Origin: an uncultured delta proteobacterium
GTDB lineage: Bacteria > Desulfobacterota > WTBG01
DNA length: 64,000 nucleotides
Direction of reading: 5' to 3'
NCBI GenBank assembly: GCA_963793865.1
Contig: CAWCBP010000002.1
Coordinates: forward strand, 64,001 to 128,000
Part shown: positions 51,501-61,727 of the stretch, piece by piece
How positions within the stretch are numbered: position 1 is the stretch's first letter
How the letters are laid out: every line of letters begins with the position of its first letter
Translations under genes and position numbers: made by a program
Notes under the pieces: generated by a model
Database searches by the model: none
What the model saw: only the letters and a program-made list of their open reading frames with translations
What the model was told of the DNA's origin: nothing

Positions 51501-53205
51501 GATAGAGCCCTGTCAAGGCGCCCGTTTCCGTGATCTCCCGGGTGGCCAGGTAGGCGGTGCCCATCTGGATGGCGTCCGCGCCCAGCATGGCGGCTAAGAA
51601 TGCGGTCTTTCGATTACAGATTCCCCCGGCAAGGATCACACGACAGTTTTGAAAAAGGGATGGCGTGCGCCGCTTCAGCTCCAATAGCATCTGAGCAAGG
51701 GTGAGCGTGCTATGCTGCCCCACGTGGCCCCCTGCCTCATATCCCTCGCAGACCACGTACCGGACGCCTGCTTCCAGGGCGAGCCTCAACAGGGCTTCAT
51801 CAGGAGCGATATACATGACCCTTATGCCGCATTCTATCAATTCTTTCAAGGGGGAGAGATCGCCACCGGCGATCACGGCAAAACGGGGTCTCTGTTTCTT
51901 TATCCAGGCCAGATGCGTCTCTCTGAAAGGGTTCTCAGCCAAAGAGATGACATTTACTGCATAAGGGCGCCCACCCATAATCTCCGGCAGGCGTCCCAGT
52001 CTCCGGTCAAGGGCCTCCGCATCCATCAGGCCAAGGGCGATGGTGGGCAATCCACCGGCATCGGCAACCCTTGAGGCAAACTCCGGGACATCTGTGATCC
52101 AGGTCATGGCCCCCTGGATAAAGGGATATTGAGTTCCCATCTCTCCGGCTACAGGGCTGTCTAAAAAGCAATCCTTTTTCGCCTCAGCCAGGTGGCATAC
52201 GTTACGAATTTCGTCCATGAAGGCTTTCACGGCCTCCTCGGTTCCGGCCCCGAAACGCTCGACGAACGACCTGGCAAAGGTGGCCTCCACAGCGAGAGGG
52301 ATGATCTCGTCCTGGTTGAAATGGCTCTCCAGAGGGTGGAGGGCCCTTGCATGCACCTGGCTTTGGAATGAACGGCGGCTTTCTTCCGTGATCTCTGCTC
52401 CGTGCAGCGAGTCCTCAAGCGTCTTGATCTCCTTGAACGCGCGCGAGTTTCCCTTGTTGAAAAGGCGACAAGGAACCTGCAGGTCCAGGCCAACCAGATC
52501 GGTAGAATCCAGACGGAGTTTGGAGAGCCGCTGACGTTGAACATCATCAATGGCAACCATATCTGTCAGCCAATGGACGCTCTCGAAAACGATCCCGGCG
52601 GCCCCTGTGGACAGGAATGCCGCTGCCGCCTCAGGGGTGGAGACGCCCCCCCATATGAGGATTTCAAGAGGTTTTGAGGGTGTGCGAAGCATTTCACTGA
52701 CCGCCGAATAGAGAGCCAAGGTCGTCTCACCGCTCACGAATCCAGAAGCCTCGCATCCCTTCAGAACGATGCGCCCAATTCCCCATCTTTCCTTCAACAT
52801 TACTGCCAGGAGATCCACGTTTCCAATGATCGGAAAGCAACAGTGGTCTTCCGACAATTCCTTCAATTTCTGAAGAAAGATGGAAGGATCTCCTTGAAAA
52901 AACTGGGGGTGGCATTCTACCCAGATGTGGTGGACCCCTGTTTCCTTCAGTAACCGCCCCAAAGATGGATCCATCAAGACAGGAACCGAAATCTTGATAT
53001 CCCTGACGTGGTGAGAAGGGTCAGTCTTTCGCAAGAATGGAAGTAACCCTTCCACCCCCATCATGGAAAAATCGAAGACGGCTCTGCTCCCTGTTCGCTG
53101 AGCCATTTGAATCACCGATGGGGTGATCTCCTCAGGCCGCCAGACGAAACCGATGATGGATACCCGATGCTCAGCCACTATGTCAGACCTCTGCTTCAAT
53201 GCCAT
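45525..53205 (-). CDS. Single-module type I FAS/PKS, about 2560 aa: FabK/NMO-like ER region-KS-AT-ACP-KR-DH (split by apparent frameshifts near 48370, 47150 and 46100)
   Basis: PFIQGAM, EGYEAGGH, QMGTAYL (FabK-like); AACATSL, ECHATST, KSQIGH (KS); FPGQGSQ, GHSLGE, MAFHS (AT); DLSIRSS (ACP); SGGATGI, HGAGVLRD, QANYAAAN (KR); DHRPFKFVKHP, FEALLQ (DH). Confidence 0.88.
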
Positions 53206-53206
53206 A

Positions 53207-54328
53207 TCATAAGGACTTTCTGAATATTCGATATTTCTTGTATCTTTTTGCGCCCGCTTCCTCTATCAAGGAGTTGATCGACTCGTTGTCCTCCAGGGTC
53301 CAGCCCACCTCCAGATAATGGTACTTCTTCTTTTTCCTCACAAGCTTATATATGTGGTGGAAGGCTAACATGGGTAGTCCCAGTTGTTGGAACTTCTCCT
53401 TGATCCCGAACATCAACAACCGCAATCCGTTGATCTCCCGCCGATACATGAGGAACTTCAGCAAACCCAGGAGACCGATCCGCCCGTTGAGACGCTTGAG
53501 CAATGGGTTAATGTCAGGAAAGATCACGCAGAACGCTGCGGGTTCATCCTCATAATAGATGAAGAAAACCATGTCCGGATCAACGAATTCCATTACTTTT
53601 TTTTGAATGTCCCGCATCTCATGATCGCTCAGGGGGACGAAACCCCAGTTACCGGACCAGACGGCATTATATATCTCCCTGATCAGATCAAACTCAGAGT
53701 CCGGATCCTTTGGACGAGAGGGTCTGATGTGAATGCCTCTTTTTTGGGCTATCCGTACAGCAAGATGATCCATCCACTCGGGGAGCCGGTAATCGCCATC
53801 TATCAGGAAAGCCAGCAGGTCCTTTTCTTTGGTGAAACCGCACGATTCGACCAGCCTTTGGTAGTACGGCGGGTTGTAGGCCATCATCAAGGCAGGAGGA
53901 TAATTGAATCCCTCAATGAGCAAGCCCGCCTCGTAATTGGTGGACGGGTTGAGCGGGCCTCTCATGAAGGTCATCCCTTTCTGGCGAACCCACGTCTCCA
54001 CGGAAGAGAAGAGGGCTGCTGCGGCTTCCGGATCGTCAGCACATTCGAAGAATCCCCAAATGCCCATCTTTTCGTTGTGGAACTGGTTATAATGGCGATC
54101 TATGATGCCCGTGATCCTTCCCACCGTCTCCGAACCACGTCGGGCCAGAAAGAGGATGCCCTCGGAAAACTCCCAGAAAGGGTGTCTGCGGGGATCCAGC
54201 ATCCGGCGAACCTCTTTCTTAAGGGGGGGGACCCATTTGGGGTACTCAGCATAGATCCTCCATGGCAGGTCAATGAAGTCCTTTAATTCCGATCCTCCTT
54301 CCACAGTAACGATCTCTATGCCGGCCAT
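53207..54328 (-). CDS. GNAT-fold N-acyltransferase, bacterial ceramide synthase (bCerS/YghO)-like
   Basis: FIDLPWRIY..WVPPL, GFFEC, GPLNPSTNYEAGLLIEGF..P..MMAYNPPYY, WSGNWGFVP, PDIN, WTLEDN, YRIF. Confidence 0.82.
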   Translation of the reverse strand: MAGIEIVTVEGGSELKDFIDLPWRIYAEYPKWVPPLKKEVRRMLDPRRHPFWEFSEGILFLARRGSETVGRITGIIDRHYNQFHNEKMGIWGFFECADDPEAAAALFSSVETWVRQKGMTFMRGPLNPSTNYEAGLLIEGFNYPPALMMAYNPPYYQRLVESCGFTKEKDLLAFLIDGDYRLPEWMDHLAVRIAQKRGIHIRPSRPKDPDSEFDLIREIYNAVWSGNWGFVPLSDHEMRDIQKKVMEFVDPDMVFFIYYEDEPAAFCVIFPDINPLLKRLNGRIGLLGLLKFLMYRREINGLRLLMFGIKEKFQQLGLPMLAFHHIYKLVRKKKKYHYLEVGWTLEDNESINSLIEEAGAKRYKKYRIFRKSL

Positions 54329-54385
54329 GTTTATCTTTTCGAGAGGTTATGAGCGAAAAACTTTTTTAATAGTACCTATCGTGGC

Positions 54386-54413
54386 ATAATATCAATTATT
54401 ATTTTTGTGTCAA
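54386..54413 (-). promoter_or_regulatory. Sigma70 promoter of the GNAT-PKS operon
   Basis: TTGACA-16bp-TATTAT with a TG extended -10 on the minus strand. Confidence 0.6.
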
Positions 54414-54735
54414 GGCCGGGAAAGAGGTAGTGCTTCCCTGTCTGAAGTTTTCATAAGCAATTACCGTAAATAAGATTCGTTCCATGCTTGTCTGGTGACC
54501 TGCCCCCACTTTTTTACCCCCTGAGGTCTAGGGCATTCTCCCCTCAAAGGCTCGTTATTACTAGAGCAGATACAGCAGCAGGTAGTGTTGGTTATCGGCT
54601 CAAGAGGGGATAATAAGGCTCAGGATGCTGAAGTGATAGATGAGGATAAGAAGTATCTGCCGGAGGGAGAGTTTCAACTTCACGACCTCTTTTATTTAAT
54701 ATACCAGAGAGAAGGTTAAGCACCGTGATGATTTT

Positions 54736-54927
54736 TTATTTATTCTCTTCCGGATATTTATAGCAATTTAACCCAAGTCGAATAGTTTCAGCGCCAGGGA
54801 TTGGGACGTTTCCACGAGTCGTTGCTACCACAATCGTTTTTCCCGTTTTGCTTGGACCAAAGTCTTTGCTTAGGTCTATGGTGATAACTGCTTGATTGTC
54901 TTTGAGCTCAATTTGTATATTATCCAT
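54736..54927 (-). CDS. Small conserved hypothetical protein
   Basis: ITIDLSKDFGPSKTGKTIVVATTRGN; GGAG SD. Confidence 0.7.
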   Translation of the reverse strand: MDNIQIELKDNQAVITIDLSKDFGPSKTGKTIVVATTRGNVPIPGAETIRLGLNCYKYPEENK

Positions 54928-54986
54928 TGTAATCTCCAGCTTGGGTGGTATGGCAATGGGCTTTATGATGATGGCTCTCTGCATTT

Positions 54987-55436
54987 TCAGGGTGTGAATT
55001 TCAGTTTGCCGTTTTCATAAACTGCTATTTGCTTGTTCGCATATAGAATGACATAATTGGCTATTATATCATTCATGAGGGTGGCTTCAGGTATGTCCAT
55101 TTTTATAATTTTAAAAATATGCTCTACTGCACCTATAAATACCTTCGACATGGTTTCCTTCTCTATTTTCAAATAAGCATCGTTGTTGATGAAGAAAAGC
55201 ACCAGTATTTTAGAAGCGTCGTTCGCTGTCATTAAACGTGCACCGCGAATCAAATCATAGCTATCGTAATCACCCGTTTCATGATTTACCAATCTTATGT
55301 TTATATCCAACAACATCCAATCGAGTTCAGTTATCTGAGCGGGCTCACGATACTTTGACAAACCACTTTGACAAATTGCTGAAGCTGGAATAAACAAAGC
55401 AAAAATGATTACACCACGTATAATCTGTTTTTTCAT
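54987..55436 (-). CDS. Secreted hypothetical protein
   Basis: Signal peptide; AAGGAGGAG SD. Confidence 0.7.
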   Translation of the reverse strand: MKKQIIRGVIIFALFIPASAICQSGLSKYREPAQITELDWMLLDINIRLVNHETGDYDSYDLIRGARLMTANDASKILVLFFINNDAYLKIEKETMSKVFIGAVEHIFKIIKMDIPEATLMNDIIANYVILYANKQIAVYENGKLKFTP

Positions 55437-55628
55437 AATCTCCTCCTTGAATGGTTCAATTATACCCCTAAGTGTTTTCTACCACGATTAGGGGGTGTGT
55501 CAATTTTTACTTCATCTCCGGCTGGAGTTTTTTGAATATGGGTACTCACGCGTGCATACCTGAGTGTTTGAAGCAGATGTCTATACTTTTACGCGACAAA
55601 AGGTCACCACAAAAAACAGGTAAAAATT

Positions 55629-55662
55629 AACGGCAGGGCCATTGCTGACACTGCCGTTTTTT
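55629..55662. terminator. Probable terminator hairpin
   Basis: AACGGCAG...CTGCCGTTTTTT. Confidence 0.5.
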
Positions 55663-55677
55663 ATGTCACTGGACTGC

Positions 55678-56226
55678 CTAGAGCGAGGACAACAGTTCTA
55701 TCACGTGCTGGTGCCGTTGTTCACACTGTTTGGAGAATTGATTCAGGAAACTCTTGCGGTTTTGGCTATCGTCCTGACCGCCCAACTCCTTCGCCAGATG
55801 GGCGGCGTACTGCAATGCCTGAACCTGGGTCAACAACAGTTGCAGTTCGAAATTGCGACCGCTGGAAAAAAGGAGTGTTTTCGTCGTCTGTGACTCGATC
55901 GAATCGCGGGTTTTTTTCTCCAGAGTCGGCAGGCGCGTCGTTTCGAAACGCAGGCGGGGGTACTGTTTGGCGAACGCGTCGAGTTGATCGTGCGCCTGGC
56001 CAAAGATTTGTGCGATTTTCTTAATCTCGGCCGACACTGTCTCATTCGCGTTCTTCACCATCAAAATCTTGTCCACGTTCTGTTCCTGGCGGGTGAGCTC
56101 GTACAGCAGGGCGTAGCCTTCGTTGCACTCGCGGTACCGCGTACTGACAACCGGAATCTTATCTTGCACCGAATCACAACCCGCGAAAATCAAAACGCAA
56201 ACCACAATTATGGTTTTTGGATTCAT
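55678..56226 (-). CDS. Hypothetical helical lipoprotein
   Basis: IFAGC lipobox; GGAGG SD. Confidence 0.72.
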   Translation of the reverse strand: MNPKTIIVVCVLIFAGCDSVQDKIPVVSTRYRECNEGYALLYELTRQEQNVDKILMVKNANETVSAEIKKIAQIFGQAHDQLDAFAKQYPRLRFETTRLPTLEKKTRDSIESQTTKTLLFSSGRNFELQLLLTQVQALQYAAHLAKELGGQDDSQNRKSFLNQFSKQCEQRHQHVIELLSSL

Positions 56227-56264
56227 CTCGTACCTCCACTTTCCTTTTCCCGGTCAAATGCTTC

Positions 56265-56426
<162 letters not shown>

Positions 56427-56591
56427 TCAGTTTGTTCTCGGATTCACTGCCGGAGTGACCAAATACTCCTCATCCGAAGGCACCGACTCTGAAACCGCCC
56501 CAATAAGCGGATTACCAGTAACTGCCGGTATTTCTTCTTCCTTTAAACTCTTTTAACCTGAGTCCTTCGATTCATACATTCGGTTGAGAAT

Positions 56592-57176
56592 TTATTTGCT
56601 CTCTTCCTTGATCCTCGTGAACTTTGCCCCCTTCAGGGATACGTCAAACATGAGGCCCTTGGGATCAAAAACAAACGCTACCACTGCGTCCTGTAATGAA
56701 GTGGTGTCGAGCCGCTTGCCGCCGCCAACGTCAATCATGGCGACATTGCCGGTCACTCCCACTTCCCAGCCATCAACATTCTTGAACTGATTGAGCGCCT
56801 CCTGGGTCATGAAGGCGAGAATAATGTCCATTTGTTGTACACCAACGGTGAATCCATAAGACCCGGCGACAAGATTATAGTACCCCGCCGTTTTTCCGCC
56901 AATTCGCAGCGCGCCCTGGCCGTACGTCCCGGCAACAACAAATCCCCCTTTGGTAACCCCGGACATCACCAGCAGACCTTTCGCGGAAGAAGTAAGCTCT
57001 TTGGCACCGTTGACCTCTTTATAGAATCGGTTCAACGTCTGGTTGGCGTCTGCATCGATCTCAGCAGCTGTCTTCGCGTATGCATTGTGGGAAAACGTGC
57101 TGAAGATGGATATAGCCAGAATGACGAAACCAAACAGTACTGTTTTACATAAGTTTCTTTTTGCAAATGTTTTCAT
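56592..57176 (-). CDS. Ysc84/SYLF lipid-binding domain protein
   Basis: AKGLLV..VTKGGFVVAGTYGQGAL, GSYGFTVG, KGLMFDVSLKGAKF; signal peptide. Confidence 0.85.
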   Translation of the reverse strand: MKTFAKRNLCKTVLFGFVILAISIFSTFSHNAYAKTAAEIDADANQTLNRFYKEVNGAKELTSSAKGLLVMSGVTKGGFVVAGTYGQGALRIGGKTAGYYNLVAGSYGFTVGVQQMDIILAFMTQEALNQFKNVDGWEVGVTGNVAMIDVGGGKRLDTTSLQDAVVAFVFDPKGLMFDVSLKGAKFTRIKEESK

Positions 57177-57455
57177 AATGTCTCCCTTTAAGCAAAATGT
57201 TCTGTTTTAAAAAATTGGTTATTTGAAAAATGAAACGTGTTGCTTTTGACCACCTCCTTTATGTGTTGTCAAAAAAGCTCGAACCCCTGCACACGTCTTG
57301 CACCTCCTTTCATATTTGTTTAATTGTTCTGTACGCACGTTGGGTGGTATCCCCCTGCTGATACAAATATTTGCATTGCCAACGGTTGTTGTGGTGTTTT
57401 TAGTGTTAAGAAATGTTTTCCATAAGGGTCATAAACATCCCTTCTCAAACAAACT

Positions 57456-58066
57456 TTATCTTCCACATGAAGCGCTCAGGGGTATTGACAGCATACTTAC
57501 TATTTCCGGCCTGGTGAGCGGCAGATATATATTGACCTCCGCACCGTGTCCCTGCCGTCTCTCTATTTTCACCCTCCCTGGATGCTGTTTGATGATACGG
57601 TACGCTATCGGGAGACTAAGACCTTTACCGTGACTACCTGGTATATAGAATGGCTCAAATATTCTTTCTTTAATCTTCTCATCAATAACTTTATATTCAT
57701 ATCTGTAAGAGAAATAAAAGCGCATGCACCGAGCATAGAATCGTCCCCATCGAGCAGAGATTCGATTTCAAAATTGACCCGGTTGATACTCAATGAAAAT
57801 GTGCCGCTACCAGGCAGTGCATCCATTGCATTTTTTAATAGCAGCGTCACTGCGTCTTTCATAAGGGCCATGTCTGCCATGATCTTCAGGTTTTTTTCTA
57901 AAAGAGTTATTGTTACGTCAATATCCCTGTTAACATACTGTGGCAACAACCCCTCCACCATTCTCGTAATCTCGTTGAGATCCGTCTCCTTCAATTTCTG
58001 TTTCTTATCAATGCTGAAGGCGGAGAGGATCTTAATCTGGGGTTGTTTTTGATAACTCTCTGTCAT
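57456..58066 (-). pseudogene. Orphan degenerate HATPase_c (histidine kinase C-terminal) domain with a frameshift
   Basis: DLNEI, LLKNAMDALPGSG, ISLTD / KERIFEPFY, KGLSLPIAYRIIKQH, IYLP; no H box. Confidence 0.7.
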
Positions 58067-58225
58067 TTCACACCTCCACCATTACCTTCTCTGCCTGTTG
58101 TACCCTTTATTCAAAACATAAAACGGTAAAATGCTTTCCCGCCTGAACAAAGCAGCTGAAATTAACCAGTTCCCAAGATGTCTCTTCTAGGCTATCGTTC
58201 TCTCAAAATGGGTCCAACCAGATAT

Positions 58226-58459
58226 TTAGACGGACCTATTTAATAAGAAGCCTGCCCTGCAGTCCCGCAAGAGCTTCAACACTGCCGGAATGACCAAAGA
58301 CTTTTCATCCGAAGTCACCTGCTCTGAAACCGCTTCAATAACATCATACAGGGTGGTTAGGATAGGAACTGATTGACTTTCCTTTTGCCTATACTCCAGA
58401 AGGTTACTACTGCAGTATGGATCTGATGAGGTCGTATACATTTTTCTTTCCCTGCACAT
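58226..58459 (-). CDS. Chimeric small ORF (glutaredoxin-like N-term joined to an unrelated tail)
   Basis: MCRERKMYTTSSDPYC identical to the 23384 ORF, then TTLYDVIEAVSEQVTSDEKSLVIPAV. Confidence 0.5.
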   Translation of the reverse strand: MCRERKMYTTSSDPYCSSNLLEYRQKESQSVPILTTLYDVIEAVSEQVTSDEKSLVIPAVLKLLRDCRAGFLLNRSV

Positions 58460-58567
58460 ACAGCACCCCCATGAAAAAGCCTCAGCCAGCAAAAGAACTG
58501 AAGGCAACTTTTAGAATCGGGTAAGATACTTTTCTTTTAGAGCTCCCGGTTTTGAATTGCGCTGACA

Positions 58568-59089
58568 TTATGTTTTTATTTTATAATAATGAGGTCTTTT
58601 AGATGCGTACATGGGGTCAATACTGTATATTTTTAAAAAAACCGCTCTATTTACATAGGGTTCTAGGGAGGGCTTATCCATTTCCGGCAGATGAGGCTCC
58701 CTTGCTATCCCCTCGTTTGATGCTGACAGTTCAAGCAACTTTCCTAATATTGCCTGCACCTCGGATATATCCCCATTCACATAGGTTAAAAAACGGGGCT
58801 GCAGCTTATATCCCATCTTTACGCTCTCATCCTCCCGGTCAGGCAGAATGATGATGATTCTAATCAAACCAAACAGTTTCTGAATAGCAAGGATGTTCAG
58901 AAGATCTTTCCGGTCCCCGGCTATAAGAACCATGATAGCCAACCCGTCAATGGGTCTGGTGAGTCTTTGAGACAGGGTTCTGATGGTGTGATAAATCTCT
59001 GTTTTGTTTTCTACCGCTGATGCCTTGAGCAGTCCGATGATCTGTCCCGCAATGATGCCGCTTCTTTTTTCGTAGAATATACATTTCAT
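58568..59089 (-). CDS. Receiver-like hypothetical protein, copy 2 (C-term extended by a 1-bp indel)
   Basis: Identical to 23597-24013 up to SASNE. Confidence 0.72.
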   Translation of the reverse strand: MKCIFYEKRSGIIAGQIIGLLKASAVENKTEIYHTIRTLSQRLTRPIDGLAIMVLIAGDRKDLLNILAIQKLFGLIRIIIILPDREDESVKMGYKLQPRFLTYVNGDISEVQAILGKLLELSASNEGIAREPHLPEMDKPSLEPYVNRAVFLKIYSIDPMYASKRPHYYKIKT

Positions 59090-59191
59090 ACATCACCTCA
59101 CCTAAGAAGTACGGCAACACATTGGTTAATGGGGACGGTGCACTTTAATTACATATAGTGCCCTATCCCCTGTAAACACTGAGCCCCGTCA

Positions 59192-60085
59192 TTAGCGAAG
59201 CGACTCAATGTTGAGAATTTGCTCCAAAATGTTGTCGAGAATGCTATCCGTGCCGCTGGAATGGCGACCATATTTGTATCGTCTGTTGTAACCATCTTCG
59301 TAGCCGCGAAGGAAACCCTCGCGGAAGTAGTGGTTGTAGTCGTCCCGGCTTACATAGTAGCCGCTATAGCCATAGTTCGCGTCCCGGTAGGCAAAAGAGC
59401 CTCGGTAGTCGGAATCCCAATGGTCATCATGGTCAGCCCGCCCGGCTCGAAAGCCTTCCTCATAACCGTATCTCACTGCTTGCTGAAGCAACTGGACGCC
59501 GTATTGATTCGTTTCGTAATAGGTGCCGCCACGATGGTAACGATAGCTCGGAGCTGTGTAGAAGTATGGATCATTGTTATAATCGTGATCGCGATCCTCC
59601 TGGAGACGCCTTTGCTGCTGACGCAGTTGCTCTAAATACCGTTGATGGTAACGGTTCTGCTCCATCCTCTTTTGCTTCTGAAGCTCTGCTAAATACTGTT
59701 CTTCGAGATGCTGCTGTTGTTCTAGATATTGACGGTACGCTGTCAGACGCTGCTGCTGTTGTTCTATAAGCTGCTGCTGACGCTGCTGGTCGAGCCGCTG
59801 CTCTTGTCGTTGTGCGTCCTGCTTATTTTTTTTGTCCTGCTTATTTATCTGGTCTTGTTTCTCTTTTTTGTATTGCTGCTGTTGTTGTTCCATAAGCTGC
59901 TGCTGACGCTGCAGTTCGAGCTGCTGCTCTTGTCGTTGTGCGTCCTGCTTATTTATCTGGCCTTGATTCTCTTTTTTGTCTTGCTGCGATTGCTCCTGAG
60001 CGCGCGTTGTCATGCACATTCCCACCATCAACACCGCGCTGAATACAATAGCCACTGCCATCCGCCTCAATAAATTCACTCTCAT
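59192..60085 (-). CDS. Secreted Gln-rich repeat protein with a Tyr/Gly-rich C-terminal domain
   Basis: Signal peptide; duplicated NKQDAQRQEQxLxxQRQQQLxEQQQQ; GYEEGFRAG and FREGFLRGYEDGY; AAGGAGG SD. Confidence 0.82.
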   Translation of the reverse strand: MRVNLLRRMAVAIVFSAVLMVGMCMTTRAQEQSQQDKKENQGQINKQDAQRQEQQLELQRQQQLMEQQQQQYKKEKQDQINKQDKKNKQDAQRQEQRLDQQRQQQLIEQQQQRLTAYRQYLEQQQHLEEQYLAELQKQKRMEQNRYHQRYLEQLRQQQRRLQEDRDHDYNNDPYFYTAPSYRYHRGGTYYETNQYGVQLLQQAVRYGYEEGFRAGRADHDDHWDSDYRGSFAYRDANYGYSGYYVSRDDYNHYFREGFLRGYEDGYNRRYKYGRHSSGTDSILDNILEQILNIESLR

Positions 60086-60096
60086 TTTAGGCCTCC

Positions 60097-60173
60097 TTAT
60101 TTGTTACTGCAGTATGAGCCTTGGATATAAAAGCATTCACATAGGTTGGAAAACGCGGCTGTAACCTATATCC
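60097..60173 (-). pseudogene. 3' fragment of the receiver-like gene
   Basis: GYRLQPRFPTYVNAFIS versus GYKLQPRFLTYVNGDIS in the intact copies. Confidence 0.7.
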
Positions 60174-60217
60174 TATCTATATTCGACGTTTTCATTAGCC
60201 GCCTCACTCTATAGCAT

Positions 60218-60375
60218 TACAAGAAACGAGCCATCATGGTCTTGAATGCATAGCCATTGTTATTTCAACCGGTTAGCGGGATCTGACGATAAGGAAGGAA
60301 CTGTAAACCATCGAAACCCGTCCCTTGGTACGGGATTGAGTCCCAGCACATGGGATTTGTCCCGTTCAACAGGAC
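60218..60375 (-). promoter_or_regulatory. Sigma54 promoter/enhancer module, copy C
   Basis: TGGCTCGTTTCTTGTA at 60218-60233; TTTCAACCGGTTA; palindromes starting at 60320, 60340 and 60359. Confidence 0.75.
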
Positions 60376-60410
60376 ACATACAACAGGGGGGGCGACACTA
60401 ACGGGAAGAA

Positions 60411-60585
60411 TCAGAAATGGGTTGACAGGTTGTGCTTTTTCAAAAGCACATAGAGGTGGGTTCTGGATAGGCCGGATGACTGACAGGCTTTCTTGATGTC
60501 ACCCGCGGTAAAGGTCATCAAGTCCTTTACGTATTGTCGTTCCGCATTGTCCTCAGGGCAAAATATAATCTTCTCATAGGTCTGT
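60411..60585 (-). pseudogene. C-terminal Fis-type HTH remnant of a sigma54 activator
   Basis: AERQYVKDLMTFTAGDIKKACQSSGLSRTHLYVLLKKHNLSTHF*. Confidence 0.75.
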
Positions 60586-60676
60586 TTCTCTCTGACATTT
60601 TCTCAATTACCGTTTTTCCAGTTCGGTTCGATCTCCAGACACAACCCAGCTGTGATAAATTTTAAATTAGAAACAC

Positions 60677-61003
60677 TTATTTTGCTTTCACAAAAACAAC
60701 TGCTTCCTTATCAATATTAAGGGTGAGTTTATCCTTTTCAAAAGACCCCGTCCAAGTCATGGTGGCTCCGGGAAATGTTAAATCTATTTTTATCCTGTCA
60801 CCATCAACAACCCATTGAGCTGGAATATTTTCACTCTTAGACGCCTTAAAAGCAGCTGTTTTATCGGAATAAAATTCAATAACTGTATTACCATCAGTGA
60901 CTTCAGGAATCCATTTGCCGACCAGACTTGAAGATTTATCACTACATCCCGCAAAAACGAGTAAACATACGATTAAGGAAAACGCAGCAGTAATTCTTTT
61001 CAT
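60677..61003 (-). CDS. Hypothetical lipoprotein
   Basis: VFAGC lipobox; LVGKW; GGAGG SD. Confidence 0.78.
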   Translation of the reverse strand: MKRITAAFSLIVCLLVFAGCSDKSSSLVGKWIPEVTDGNTVIEFYSDKTAAFKASKSENIPAQWVVDGDRIKIDLTFPGATMTWTGSFEKDKLTLNIDKEAVVFVKAK

Positions 61004-61304
61004 TTACACCTCCATTAGCTAATAAAAAGCATAGCGCCAACCTTCCGCTCTGTGCCTCGCATTGTCCGGGCTGGGTTATGGTATAATAAGGGTTGTATTA
61101 ATGCTAGCGTGTCTGTCTAAAGTCTGGACCTTCTGTATAGCAGACATTGACTATGAAGAAGAAAACCCCACTCTCTCAGACCGCTCAATCCTGGAAAAAG
61201 TGGGGTAATGTTAGCTTACACCTGATGTGCACTTCCCCTCCTATAACTGCACTCATTAATGCTGCTGCACATGGTTTTAAAACTTTTATTCTACGGGCAG
61301 CTCT

Positions 61305-61694
61305 TTAATAGGTCGTGGGCGGCATTGTCTGTTCGCGCCGGGTAGTGGGAGACTGTGAATTACCCACATCACCTTCAACATGCCAGGATCCATAGCTAAA
61401 GAGAATAAGCGACCACCAGGAGGAATCTACAATGGGATTGATAATAAAATCTCCCTTCCCATTTTCCAGGCAGGTGTTGACAGCATCCTCAAGTGTTGGA
61501 TTGCCGCCAAATGGAATAAACAGGATCCATAAACGGCTGTCGCTGCCCTTCTGATTACGGGCAACATCTGTTTCTTTTAAATCAATGCGGCTCAGTTCAA
61601 CGTGTTTGGTTGAAAGCACGGTAAACCCCGTCTGGCGAACAGTACAGCCAAATGCAAGAAAACTGATCACAAAAAGAATAGTTAGTTTTTTCAT
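61305..61694 (-). CDS. Hypothetical lipoprotein, copy 2
   Basis: Identical protein to 20663-21052. Confidence 0.8.
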   Translation of the reverse strand: MKKLTILFVISFLAFGCTVRQTGFTVLSTKHVELSRIDLKETDVARNQKGSDSRLWILFIPFGGNPTLEDAVNTCLENGKGDFIINPIVDSSWWSLILFSYGSWHVEGDVGNSQSPTTRREQTMPPTTY

Positions 61695-61727
61695 GCTTAA
61701 ACCCTCCGTTACGTGTTTATTGGACCT

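Noticed and set aside
54496..54525. TGACCTGCCCCCAC resembling an IS3-family end at the PKS block boundary
   Set aside because: No partner inverted repeat or transposase found; too short to support
55460..55500. TATACCCC...GGGGGTGT as a CsoR-like operator
   Set aside because: Spacing does not fit and no copper genes are adjacent
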